Source: a virus
Length of the DNA stretch: 64,000 nt
Virus record (IMG/VR): IMGVR_UViG_3300020048_000056
Coordinates: 32,001-96,000 of that record
Strand: one strand, 5' to 3'
Part shown: one piece after another, positions 48,551 through 57,835 of the stretch
How positions within the stretch are numbered: the stretch's first letter is position 1
How the letters are laid out: the number at the start of each line of letters is the position of its first letter
Program-made: the position numbers and the translations under genes
The notes under the pieces: generated by a model
What the model was told of the DNA's origin: nothing
The model's input: only the letters and a program-made list of their open reading frames with translations
Databases searched by the model: none

Positions 48551-49368
48551 TGGCAAGGATCATAATTCCTAAAGAGAACTTTCCAGATCCAAGTATATAC
48601 AACCCTTCATATCAAATTAGATTTAGGTTACTAGCAGAGAATAAGAATAGAACGTCTGCTTGGAGTCCAATATTTCCTGTAAATCCAGAAGTATTTTTTG
48701 AAAGAGGTACAAGAGAATTACGGGGGTATATAGAGATAGAAAAGGTAGGATCAAAACAAGTAAACATTGTATGGGACTTTGTAACAGGATACAGAGATAG
48801 TGGGACTGAGATTTTAGACGTAGGAAAGGTCCAAGAATATGACCTTTGGATTAGGTGGGCCGTCGCAGGTGGGGCTACGCCAAGTGAATGGATATATAGG
48901 GGAAGAATTTCATCAACTTCCTTAAACATCACAATACCATCAGAATACCCATACAAAGATCCTATAACTGGAATAATAACACTAATAGATAATCCAAAAT
49001 ACCTTTATGCAGAAGTGTATCGCCCATCAAGAGAAATTACAAGATATGAGCAAACTGCAACATTTCCTCAAAATGCTTCAACAGTAGATATTAGTAGTGA
49101 CACTTTTATATTTCCTCAAGGTCATGGATCAAGTACTGGAACTCCAGGTCTTTATACATCGACAACGCCTGTAGGTGGACTAACAAGCGGTGTCACTTAT
49201 TATACAAGAACTATAGATTACTATAAAATCTCCTTGTATCCAACCTTAGCAGATGCCATGGCGTATACAGAAACAAATAAGATAAACCTAACAGGAACTC
49301 CTGCGGGGTATGGGTCATTTACAGGATACCCATTAAGAATGTACAATGACCTAATTACCACCCTATGA
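48550..49368 (+). CDS. Minor tail protein
   Basis: RFRL..NRTSAWSPI; C-terminal GLTSGVTYY domain. Confidence 0.55.
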   Translation: MARIIIPKENFPDPSIYNPSYQIRFRLLAENKNRTSAWSPIFPVNPEVFFERGTRELRGYIEIEKVGSKQVNIVWDFVTGYRDSGTEILDVGKVQEYDLWIRWAVAGGATPSEWIYRGRISSTSLNITIPSEYPYKDPITGIITLIDNPKYLYAEVYRPSREITRYEQTATFPQNASTVDISSDTFIFPQGHGSSTGTPGLYTSTTPVGGLTSGVTYYTRTIDYYKISLYPTLADAMAYTETNKINLTGTPAGYGSFTGYPLRMYNDLITTL

Positions 49369-49383
49369 TGGTATAATTTTCAC

Positions 49384-49827
49384 ATGGCTAAAATTCCTCT
49401 TCCAGACCGTGGGCAACCCCTAGACGTTACATATATCTATCAGATTGCTAACGCTATTAATGAGGTTTCAAATGAAATATCCTCAGCAACCTATAATTAC
49501 ACAACTATCTCAACAAGAGATGCTGGTAATCAGGTCATTCAAACTAGGGCTGCAAGAATAATTGCAGGATTCGTAGACATTGTAACTAATGAATCTATTA
49601 CTGCTGGAACAACTAGATCATTCTCATTTCCTTATCCATCAGACTTCAAGTATCCCCCAGTTGCTACTGCAACAGTCGTTAACAGAGGCACAAGTGATAT
49701 TGGAGATGATGTTACAGTTGTCATTAGATCAATTACGACATCTCGTATCGAAGGAGTAGTTAAGTTTAACTCTTCTGGACAAGTAACAACTACAGTAAAC
49801 ATTACCGCAATCGGTATTCCTACATGA
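49384..49827 (+). CDS. Minor tail protein (H-type-lectin-like C-terminus)
   Basis: PLPDRGQPLD..FKYPPVAT..AIG; TGGTATAAT-N6-ATG start. Confidence 0.55.
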   Translation: MAKIPLPDRGQPLDVTYIYQIANAINEVSNEISSATYNYTTISTRDAGNQVIQTRAARIIAGFVDIVTNESITAGTTRSFSFPYPSDFKYPPVATATVVNRGTSDIGDDVTVVIRSITTSRIEGVVKFNSSGQVTTTVNITAIGIPT

Positions 49828-49842
49828 TATAATTTTTACATT

Positions 49843-50034
49843 ATGTTGACATGTGTAAAATGCACAGGAAGAATGTTTTTAGATAGAGCGTTTTCTGAAG
49901 TAAATCACATGGAATCCTTTTGCATTCGTTGTGGAGCAAGAAACTTTTATCATAATTTTAATAAGACAAGTGGAGAGACAGCATGGCTTTGGCTAATGGA
50001 GAAGAAGAGGAAGGCAGCCTCAATATCCCAGTAA
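49843..50034 (+). CDS. Zn-ribbon protein
   Basis: CVKC..CIRCG. Confidence 0.65.
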   Translation: MLTCVKCTGRMFLDRAFSEVNHMESFCIRCGARNFYHNFNKTSGETAWLWLMEKKRKAASISQ

Positions 50035-50525
50035 TACAAAGGCCAAGAAGGAAAACCTTCTTCCTTAATGGGGATATAGTTAGAATTACTCACGTTAGTC
50101 GTGCCCAAGGGTTAGTAACCTTATGGAATTGCACAAAGATGAATTCTATGATGATTGATATGTTAGAATTTAAACGCAAGAGAAGGCGTGCATATACTGT
50201 ATCTGAAACTGCCAAACTTCTAAACTATCACAAGAAAACAATTCCAAGACTAATTAGGATAGGGATGTTGCCAGTTCCAATGGGGGAACTTCCAAATGGA
50301 GAACGAGCATTTCATTACTTATCTTATTATTCTGAAGATCATATACGGGATGCAAGAAATCTTATGGCTCAAACTCACATGGGTAGGCAAAGAAAAGATG
50401 GATTAATAACCAATAATAAAACACCTACAGAGCAAGAATTGCGCTTTGCAATGGGTGATGGTATGATCTTTTATGTCAAGAATGAAGAGGGTAAGTTTAT
50501 CCCCACATTCTCTGAAACCGTTTAG
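49983..50525 (+). CDS. MerR-like HTH DNA-binding protein
   Basis: YTVSETAKLLNYHKKTIPRLIRIGMLP..YYSEDHI. Confidence 0.7.
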   Translation: MALANGEEEEGSLNIPVIQRPRRKTFFLNGDIVRITHVSRAQGLVTLWNCTKMNSMMIDMLEFKRKRRRAYTVSETAKLLNYHKKTIPRLIRIGMLPVPMGELPNGERAFHYLSYYSEDHIRDARNLMAQTHMGRQRKDGLITNNKTPTEQELRFAMGDGMIFYVKNEEGKFIPTFSETV

Positions 50526-50529
50526 GGTA

Positions 50530-50559
50530 TTGACAGAACCATAACAGTAGTGTTATGCT
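50530..50559 (+). promoter_or_regulatory. Sigma-A promoter of replication module
   Basis: TTGACA-18-TATGCT with TG extension. Confidence 0.7.
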
Positions 50560-50586
50560 TTTACCACAACAACAGAAAGGACTCCA

Positions 50587-50784
50587 ATGGAGCCTACAAA
50601 AATTTCATGGTCCGTGGGATATACCTACAATACTGGAAACTTCCAGAATCTACGGCTTGATTGTTCAGTAACAGATTACAAGCATGAGGATGAGACAATG
50701 ACTCAGGCATCCAATCGGGTGTATGCTTTCGTAGAGAATCAACTTATGGCAAAGTTGAATGAGGCAAAGAAGGATCTAGGATGA
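50587..50784 (+). CDS. Conserved hypothetical protein
   Basis: GYTYNTGNFQNLRLD motif; SD AAAGGA. Confidence 0.65.
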   Translation: MEPTKISWSVGYTYNTGNFQNLRLDCSVTDYKHEDETMTQASNRVYAFVENQLMAKLNEAKKDLG

Positions 50785-50966
50785 GTTTAGCGTATGAGGC
50801 AGTGAATGAAAACTCTCGTGTGTTTGTTGCATATGGGGAGTCACCAGTAAAGGTACTCAAGAATATGGCAAGGCTCCTAAGGAAGAACAATATTGTTTGG
50901 TGGTCAGCATCAGCAGTTTACTATGATGAGTCTGAAAATATCTTTTATATGAATATCTACGTCTAG
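50781..50966 (+). CDS. Hypothetical protein
   Basis: Coupled overlap; fills the gap. Confidence 0.5.
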   Translation: MSLAYEAVNENSRVFVAYGESPVKVLKNMARLLRKNNIVWWSASAVYYDESENIFYMNIYV

Positions 50967-50974
50967 GGGTTACA

Positions 50975-51292
50975 ATGGCAGATCGCAAGGAACGATTCGC
51001 ACTTATTACTCGCTTTGAAAAGCATTGCAAGATAAATAATGTGTCATCCCCCATCATCAATAAATATGGTGAGCAATGGGCGGCAGATGCACTGATTGAA
51101 TCATTTACAATCGATGACTTGTATGCAGCAATAGAGTATTACTTTAGTATCAACTCCCATCCTTCTTGGAAGGGATTTGCTAACAATGCGGGTCGTCTGC
51201 TAGAATCCATGAAAGCAAAGCAAGAGGATGAAGAGTTTCGCGCAGATATGCGCCAGAAAGCAAAGGAGTGGCTAAATGAATCTAGAGGCTAA
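50975..51292 (+). CDS. Hypothetical replication-associated protein
   Basis: Directly upstream of and overlapping helicase. Confidence 0.55.
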   Translation: MADRKERFALITRFEKHCKINNVSSPIINKYGEQWAADALIESFTIDDLYAAIEYYFSINSHPSWKGFANNAGRLLESMKAKQEDEEFRADMRQKAKEWLNESRG

Positions 51293-52493
51293 GACAATAT
51301 CGGCAGTACTGAATGATAAGCAGATGCATGTATTGCTACAGGCAAATGTTGGACAGATGTTACGAACACACACCGATATTTGGAACTTTGTTCGTGAGTA
51401 CTATGAGTCAAATCAGACAGTGCCTCCCGTTAGCATTGTCAAGCAGAAGTTCTCAGACTTTGATTATACTTCTGAGACTGGTGCGACAAAGCATCATCTT
51501 GATGAGTTGCGTGGAGAATTCCTTAACGATAACGTAAAACTCATGCTGCGCTCTGCTGCAAGTCAGGTGCAAGACGGAGACTCAGGTCTGGCTATTGACA
51601 CGCTTATGTCAGAGACAGCACGACTCAAGCACATCACATCTACTGCACGCGATCTTGATGTATCTAATGTTGAAGATGCTGTCGCATATTATGAGAACGT
51701 CAAGCGTATGCAGGATGCGGGAGCCTATGGAATCTACACAGGTCTAGCAGGATTTGATGATTATATGCCAACAGGCATCACTCCAGGACAGTTCGGCATC
51801 CTTCTTGCTTACCCTGCCATCGGAAAGTCATGGATGGCTCTGTACATGGCTGTACAGGCTTGGAAGAGGGGTAAGTCACCTCTCGTAGTCAGTCTTGAGA
51901 TGGCTGAGGCAGAAGTTCGTAACCGTATCTTTGCCATTATTGGCGAGGGACTGTGGAGTCATAGAAAACTATCTAGTGGAGAAGTAGAACTAGATATGTT
52001 CCGTAAGTGGTCAGAAAAAACTTTCACAGGAAAGCCACCGTTCCATATCGTATCTAGTGATGGAATGGGAGAAGTTTCTCCATCAGTTCTTAGAGGAAAG
52101 ATCGATCAGTATAAGCCTGATATTGTTTTCGTAGACTATCTTAACCTTATGACAAGTAATCAGCGCACAGATAACGAGGTAGTCAAGATGAAGAATCTAT
52201 CTCGTGAACTAAAGTTGCTTGCCATGTCTGAGCAGATTCCAGTAATCGCTATTTCATCAGCAACTCCAGATGACGTTAGCAATATGAATACTGTTCCAAC
52301 ACTTGGTCAGACATCATGGTCACGACAGATTGCTTATGATGCCGATTTCCTTCTAGCACTAGGGCGTGCTGCTAACTCTGATGTTCTGGAATGTGTGTTT
52401 AGGAAGAACCGAAATGGATTCTTGGGTGAGTTTATGGTTCAGGTAGATTTTGATCGGGGAATCTTTAGGTATAAGGATTTTGCTCAAGGCTAA
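51276..52493 (+). CDS. dnaB: DnaB-like replicative helicase
   Basis: AYPAIGKS Walker A, SLEM, VFVDYL, SRELKLLA, YDAD, KNRNG. Confidence 0.92.
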   Translation: MNLEAKTISAVLNDKQMHVLLQANVGQMLRTHTDIWNFVREYYESNQTVPPVSIVKQKFSDFDYTSETGATKHHLDELRGEFLNDNVKLMLRSAASQVQDGDSGLAIDTLMSETARLKHITSTARDLDVSNVEDAVAYYENVKRMQDAGAYGIYTGLAGFDDYMPTGITPGQFGILLAYPAIGKSWMALYMAVQAWKRGKSPLVVSLEMAEAEVRNRIFAIIGEGLWSHRKLSSGEVELDMFRKWSEKTFTGKPPFHIVSSDGMGEVSPSVLRGKIDQYKPDIVFVDYLNLMTSNQRTDNEVVKMKNLSRELKLLAMSEQIPVIAISSATPDDVSNMNTVPTLGQTSWSRQIAYDADFLLALGRAANSDVLECVFRKNRNGFLGEFMVQVDFDRGIFRYKDFAQG

Positions 52494-52526
52494 GACTGAA
52501 AGCAATAGTACTGTATAATTTCTCAT

Positions 52527-52865
52527 ATGCAGTCATTTCTACATAAAAGGATAAGGAGATTCCATCTTGATGGTCAAATATCAGATGATATCTTCATCCC
52601 CCGTATGAGACAAGAGTATATTAGACTGCTTGCTGATTCTATGAAAGAGGATGGATACGTCATACGTCTTGACATAGAGCCAGATTGGTCGCTATCATAT
52701 ACAGGTAACTATTATGAATTTAATTTAAGCGTATATGGGTCTTTTATAGGAAAGAAGAATGCTGCATGTATAGAGGGTTTAGACAAAAACAGGCCAATTT
52801 ATATTCACCAGAGCAAGTTAGGCGAGTCCTCAATTGGTCGGGAATCGACATTGAATCAGAAGTAG
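52527..52865 (+). CDS. Conserved hypothetical protein
   Basis: TATAAT-N7-ATG start; GYVIRLDIEPDW. Confidence 0.6.
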   Translation: MQSFLHKRIRRFHLDGQISDDIFIPRMRQEYIRLLADSMKEDGYVIRLDIEPDWSLSYTGNYYEFNLSVYGSFIGKKNAACIEGLDKNRPIYIHQSKLGESSIGRESTLNQK

Positions 52866-53710
52866 ATTCTGACTTCCTTATCTTTTGTCCTTATCACAAT
52901 AACTATCGCACTCCAGCAGGAGAGGTTAGTAAGGATACGGGTATATTCTTTTGTTTCTCCTGCCACGAGTCAAGATCAATGACTGAGTTAGTCATGCATA
53001 CAACAAGCAAGACTTATTTTGAGGTATGTAGGGTTATCGATTCTGCAAAGACAGATGTTGATATCATTGGAAATATTGATAAACTCCTTGAAGTAGAGCC
53101 AGAGTATATTCCTTTTGATGAGATCGTCATCAAGAGACTAAATAATCAGGCTTTAGAGTCTCCTAGGGCAACGAGATGTTTTGAAGGACGTTTGATAACC
53201 AAAGACTCAATCAAGAAGTTCTCCCTTGGATATTCAGAGAAGCAAGACATGGTAACAATCCCCATGACGACTCCTGATGGCCAGACATTTGTTGGATTTG
53301 TAGGACGTTCTATTGAAGGTAAAGAGTTTAAGAATACTCCTGGACTTCCTAAATCAAAGATTCTATTTAATCTTCATCGTGCAAAAATGTATAGTACTGT
53401 CCACGTTGTTGAGTCAGCATTTGATGCAATTAGACTTCATCAATGTGGTGTAGCAGCAGTTGCAACCTTGGGGGCAAATGTTTCAAAAAAGCAGGTAGAA
53501 TTATTGACAAAGTACTTCAACGATGTTATAATTATTCCAGATAACGATGAGGCAGGAAGGTCTATGTCTCAGAGGATTATCGATAAAATGGGTCCAAGGG
53601 CTATATCAATTGGACTCCCAAGTAGATTCAAGGATATCGGTGATCTAACAGATTCCGACATTGGAGAACTCACAAAAAGAATGAAAGACCCACTATTAGC
53701 AATGAATTAA
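52766..53710 (+). CDS. dnaG: DnaG-type primase
   Basis: CPYH..CFSC Zn finger, GFVGR, VESAFD and DNDEAG Toprim motifs. Confidence 0.9.
   Translation: MYRGFRQKQANLYSPEQVRRVLNWSGIDIESEVDSDFLIFCPYHNNYRTPAGEVSKDTGIFFCFSCHESRSMTELVMHTTSKTYFEVCRVIDSAKTDVDIIGNIDKLLEVEPEYIPFDEIVIKRLNNQALESPRATRCFEGRLITKDSIKKFSLGYSEKQDMVTIPMTTPDGQTFVGFVGRSIEGKEFKNTPGLPKSKILFNLHRAKMYSTVHVVESAFDAIRLHQCGVAAVATLGANVSKKQVELLTKYFNDVIIIPDNDEAGRSMSQRIIDKMGPRAISIGLPSRFKDIGDLTDSDIGELTKRMKDPLLAMN
53504..53532 (+). promoter_or_regulatory. Consensus sigma-A promoter inside primase CDS
   Basis: TTGACA-17-TATAAT with TG extension. Confidence 0.7.
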
Positions 53711-53734
53711 ACTAAAAAATAAGGAGAATATAAG

Positions 53735-54412
53735 ATGAGTATTATTAGAGGATTGAAGGCAATGGAACAACTTGAGCGCCCATCAGCAGCAGCAGGAGAT
53801 GGTACAAAGGTTCGCTGGCTTAAGTTGGAAGATTCACAGAGCGCAAAGGTTCGCTTTGTAAACGAGATGGATGAAGACTCACCACATTTTGATGCGGTAC
53901 GAGATCTTGCAATTGTTATTTCAGAGCATACTAATCCAAAGGATTATAAGCGTAAGGCTGTTTGTACCGTAGAGTCAGAAGGCCGTTGTTTCGGTTGTGA
54001 AATGGCTCGTAAGGAGACTATGGAGGATCGTAAGCGTGGTGGCTCGTGGCGTGCCCGTTTCCGTTTCTACACTAACCTCCTCGTTGATGATGGTATCGAC
54101 ACTCCCTATGTCGCAGTTTGGTCACAGGGTGTAGGAAAGCAGTCTGCGTTTAATACTCTCAAGGAGTATGCAATTGATACGGGCAGTATCAGCAATCGTC
54201 AGTGGCGCATGAAGCGTCAGGGAAGCGGTACAGATACAACGTACATTCTTCTTCCTGGCGATCCTGATACAGAGAAGTTTGATTGGAAGGACGTAGAGCC
54301 ATTCAATCTAGAGAAGGTTGTTCGTGAGGTTACTTATGCAGAACAGGAATCCTATTACTTGGGATTTGATGGTCCTGCACCAAATAGCAACACTACAAAC
54401 GCTGAGTGGTAA
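53735..54412 (+). CDS. Single-stranded DNA-binding protein (gp32-like)
   Basis: WLKL..VRF, C..CFGC, KRQGSGTDTTY; lies between primase and polymerase. Confidence 0.7.
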   Translation: MSIIRGLKAMEQLERPSAAAGDGTKVRWLKLEDSQSAKVRFVNEMDEDSPHFDAVRDLAIVISEHTNPKDYKRKAVCTVESEGRCFGCEMARKETMEDRKRGGSWRARFRFYTNLLVDDGIDTPYVAVWSQGVGKQSAFNTLKEYAIDTGSISNRQWRMKRQGSGTDTTYILLPGDPDTEKFDWKDVEPFNLEKVVREVTYAEQESYYLGFDGPAPNSNTTNAEW

Positions 54413-54425
54413 TTTATTACTAGAG

Positions 54426-54454
54426 AGGGGGGAGGCCCATAAAGCCTCCCCCTT
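54426..54454 (+). terminator. Terminator hairpin
   Basis: AGGGGGGAGGC / GCCTCCCCCTT. Confidence 0.7.
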
Positions 54455-54470
54455 ATTCTCATTTGTACTA

Positions 54471-54500
54471 TTGACAATCAACCATCTCTCATGAGATACT
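54471..54500 (+). promoter_or_regulatory. Probable promoter for dnaE
   Basis: TTGACA-18-GATACT with TG extension; argues against ATG 54491 as the start. Confidence 0.5.
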
Positions 54501-54547
54501 TATCAAATAGCAACCACATATCACAAGTAGAAACGGAATCCCAATTC

Positions 54548-57500
54548 ATGTCTAGCACAAACCCTAACGACTACGCAGCCCTCCACCTACACACAGATAT
54601 GGGCTCGCTCATGGATGGGGTAGCAACTCCAGAAGAGTATGCAGAACGTGCCAAAGACATCGGTATGACTTCCCTAGGAATTACAGATCATGGATCGCTT
54701 GCTGCTCATCGTAGGTTCGTGCGTGCAACCACTTCACGAGGGATTAAGCCTATCCTTGGCATTGAGGCATATTTCTCTCCTGACCGCTTTGATAAGCGTG
54801 ACAAGAAGGAGCGAGTGGGACCACTAGACAAGAATTACCACCACCTCATTATCCTTGCTAAGAACGATCAGGGCTTAGAGAATCTTAATCGCCTCAATGA
54901 GATTGCTTGGAACGAGGGGTTCTACAGTAAGCCTCGCATGGACTTTGATCTTCTTGATAAGTTTGGTGAGGGACTAATCATCTCCTCTGCCTGCATGGGT
55001 GGGCTTCTTAATCAGGCTATTGAGAATAATGAGTTTGCTGTTGCTAAGGATCATCTTAAGAAGTTTAGTGATCGTTTTGGTGAGGACTTCTATGTTGAGG
55101 TTATGCCACATAATCCACCAGAGATGAATCGCATCCTTATCGAACTTGCAGATACAAGTGGACTTAAGATTATTGTCACACCTGACTGCCACCATGCGAC
55201 GGTAGATCAGAAGGTTATCCAAGAGATCATGCTTATTACTAATACTCACGCTAAGTTTGAGAAGGATATCTCTTATGGGGAATCTCGTAAGATTGAAGAT
55301 CCTTTGGCAAGACTAGACTACCTATACGGTGAGGGCCGTATGATGAGTTTCAACAAGTTTGATATTCATCTTCTTAGTGGTGATGAGATGAGTATCGCCA
55401 TGGGGGAGAACTCAAGGCCAGACATGTTCTCTAATACTCTATCTCTTGCAGACAAGGTTGAGGAGTATACGATTCAGAGGAACCTTAATCTTCTTCCTGT
55501 TGAGCATAAAGATCCTGACAAGCAGATCCGAAAGTATGCAGAATCTTGGCTTAAAGCCAACAACCTAGATACTAATGAAGAGTATGTAGATCGGATGAAC
55601 GTAGAACTTGAACTCATTAAGGATAAGAAGTTTGCTTCATACTTCATCGTAGTTCAGAATATGATTAACTGGGCAAAGAAGCAGGACATTATGGTTGGTC
55701 CTGGTCGTGGATCTTCTGCTGGATCACTCGTCTGCTATGCGCTTGGTATCACAGAGATTGATCCCATCAAGTATGGACTACTCTTCTTCCGATTCATCGA
55801 CATTGATCGTGATGACTTTCCAGATATTGACTCTGATATTCAGGATAACCGACGCGAGGAAGTTAAGCAGTATCTAGAGGATCAGTATAAGCACGTTGCA
55901 TCAATTGCCACGTTCCTTCAGTTCAAGGATAAGGGAGTTGTGCGTGACGTTGCACGATGCTTCAACATTCCATTGGCTGATGTTAATCGTGTACTTAAGA
56001 CTGTAGACTCTTGGGAAGATTATGTATTCTCTAAGAATTCTGAGTGGTTTCGGGAGAAGTATCCAGAGGTAGAGATCTATGCTGGTCAACTCCGTGGCCG
56101 TGTCCGTGGTACAGGAGTCCATGCAGCAGGCGTTGTAACCTCAAAGATTCCTATCTCAAAGGTTGCTCCAATGGAGACTCGTAGCATTACGGGAAGTGAT
56201 ACAAGAATCCCTGTAGTTTCAGTTGACATGGAGGAGGCAGCAGACATTGGTCTAATTAAGATTGATGCTCTTGGCCTAAAGACCCTCACAGTCATCCACG
56301 ACACATTGGATATCATTCATGACCGTACTGGAAATCGTATTGATCTGAATAAGATTGATCTAGAAGACAAGGATGTTTACAACATGTTGTCTGATGGATA
56401 TACAAAGGGTGTGTTCCAATGTGAGGCAACCCCTTACACTAGCCTTCTCATCAAGATGGGGGTCCATAAGTTTGATGAACTCGTAGCCTCTAATGCCCTT
56501 GTACGTCCTGGTGCTATGAATACTATTGGTAAGGAATATATTGCTCGTAAGCAAGGTCGAAGTGGTACTGTATACTCTAATACAATACTGAAAGAATTTA
56601 CAGAAGATACTTACGGGTGCATTCTCTATCAGGAACAGGTCATGCTTGCTTGTACTAAGTTGGGCGGGATGACGATGGGAGAGGCAAATAAGGTTCGTAA
56701 GATCATTGGAAAGAAGCAGGATGCAACAGAATTCGACCAATTCAAAGAGTTATTTGTTCGGAATGCGACTGGGCCACTTGGTGGGGCGGCTGCTGAAAAG
56801 ATGTGGTCTGATTTCGAAGCACATGCAGGATACTCATTCAATAAGTCTCATGCTGTGGCTTATTCAACAGTGTCGTACTGGACGGCGTGGCTAAAGTACT
56901 ACTACCCTCTAGAGTTTATGTTCTCTCTCTTTAAGAACGAGAAGGATAAGGATGGCCGCACAGAGTACATGATTGAGGCTAAGCGCATGGGTATTCCCCT
57001 AAGACTGCCACATGTCAATGACTCAGATGTTGACTTTAAGATTGAAGGGAAGGGTATTCGCTTTGGGCTATCTAGCATTAAGTATATTTCTGATAAGATC
57101 TCTGAACGATATATCGAAGGCCGTCCTTTCAGTTCCTTTAAAGAAGTTGAAGAGTTTACTTTCACCAAGGGAAATGGAGTAAACTCACGAGCCCTTGAGT
57201 CTATGCGAAAGGTTGGGGCACTAACCTTCCCAGATAACCCTAGAAACCCAGAAGAGGTTAAGGAGAACATGTATGAGTATCTTAATCTTCCAGAGTTTAA
57301 TATTCAGGTTCCTCAGCATTATCACGCATATATCACAAGCGTAGATGACTTTGATGAGCAGGGTGCTTATGTCCTTATGGGTATTGTTCGTAGCGTAAAG
57401 CGTGGTAAAGGTTGGAGCCGTGTAGAGATTCTGGACGGTACAGGATCGATTGGAGTGTTTGATGCAGAGGAAACTACTATTGAGCCTGGAAGAACTTATA

Positions 57501-57835
57501 TTGTTCTTGTTGGTTCTAACAGAATCGTGGAAGCGGTTCCTATCGATGAGATATCGGAAACTACATCGCCGCTTATCAGATTCCTAAACTATAAGCAACT
57601 ACCCTATGGTGAGGGTGAGTATTATGTGCTATCCTTCAAGTCAAGGCTAACAAAGGCCAATAAAAGAATGGGCACGTTAGTGGTTGCTGATGGGGGCAGA
57701 GATCTATTATCAATGATCGTCTTCCCATCTAACTTTGCAATGGCATACACAAGACTAGAAGAGGGTAGTGCCTATAAGATCAACTATAGTATCTCAAAAG
57801 ATGAGGACTTAGTATTTCAAGAGGTGGTAGTGTGA
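54548..57835 (+). CDS. dnaE: DNA polymerase III alpha subunit
   Basis: PHP HLHT/TDHG, GPGRGSSAGS, PDIDSD, HAAG, KIDALGL, YSFNKSHA. Confidence 0.95.
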   Translation: MSSTNPNDYAALHLHTDMGSLMDGVATPEEYAERAKDIGMTSLGITDHGSLAAHRRFVRATTSRGIKPILGIEAYFSPDRFDKRDKKERVGPLDKNYHHLIILAKNDQGLENLNRLNEIAWNEGFYSKPRMDFDLLDKFGEGLIISSACMGGLLNQAIENNEFAVAKDHLKKFSDRFGEDFYVEVMPHNPPEMNRILIELADTSGLKIIVTPDCHHATVDQKVIQEIMLITNTHAKFEKDISYGESRKIEDPLARLDYLYGEGRMMSFNKFDIHLLSGDEMSIAMGENSRPDMFSNTLSLADKVEEYTIQRNLNLLPVEHKDPDKQIRKYAESWLKANNLDTNEEYVDRMNVELELIKDKKFASYFIVVQNMINWAKKQDIMVGPGRGSSAGSLVCYALGITEIDPIKYGLLFFRFIDIDRDDFPDIDSDIQDNRREEVKQYLEDQYKHVASIATFLQFKDKGVVRDVARCFNIPLADVNRVLKTVDSWEDYVFSKNSEWFREKYPEVEIYAGQLRGRVRGTGVHAAGVVTSKIPISKVAPMETRSITGSDTRIPVVSVDMEEAADIGLIKIDALGLKTLTVIHDTLDIIHDRTGNRIDLNKIDLEDKDVYNMLSDGYTKGVFQCEATPYTSLLIKMGVHKFDELVASNALVRPGAMNTIGKEYIARKQGRSGTVYSNTILKEFTEDTYGCILYQEQVMLACTKLGGMTMGEANKVRKIIGKKQDATEFDQFKELFVRNATGPLGGAAAEKMWSDFEAHAGYSFNKSHAVAYSTVSYWTAWLKYYYPLEFMFSLFKNEKDKDGRTEYMIEAKRMGIPLRLPHVNDSDVDFKIEGKGIRFGLSSIKYISDKISERYIEGRPFSSFKEVEEFTFTKGNGVNSRALESMRKVGALTFPDNPRNPEEVKENMYEYLNLPEFNIQVPQHYHAYITSVDDFDEQGAYVLMGIVRSVKRGKGWSRVEILDGTGSIGVFDAEETTIEPGRTYIVLVGSNRIVEAVPIDEISETTSPLIRFLNYKQLPYGEGEYYVLSFKSRLTKANKRMGTLVVADGGRDLLSMIVFPSNFAMAYTRLEEGSAYKINYSISKDEDLVFQEVVV

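Noticed and set aside
49369-49384. Second CRP-like site TGGTA-N6-TCACA
   Set aside because: Left half is only 3/5 and is explained by the extended -10 promoter.
54491-54547. Upstream ORF-track starts (54491, also 1568, 26522, 60117, 62191, 62782)
   Set aside because: They overlap promoters or upstream genes and lack an SD; downstream ATGs fit the signals better.
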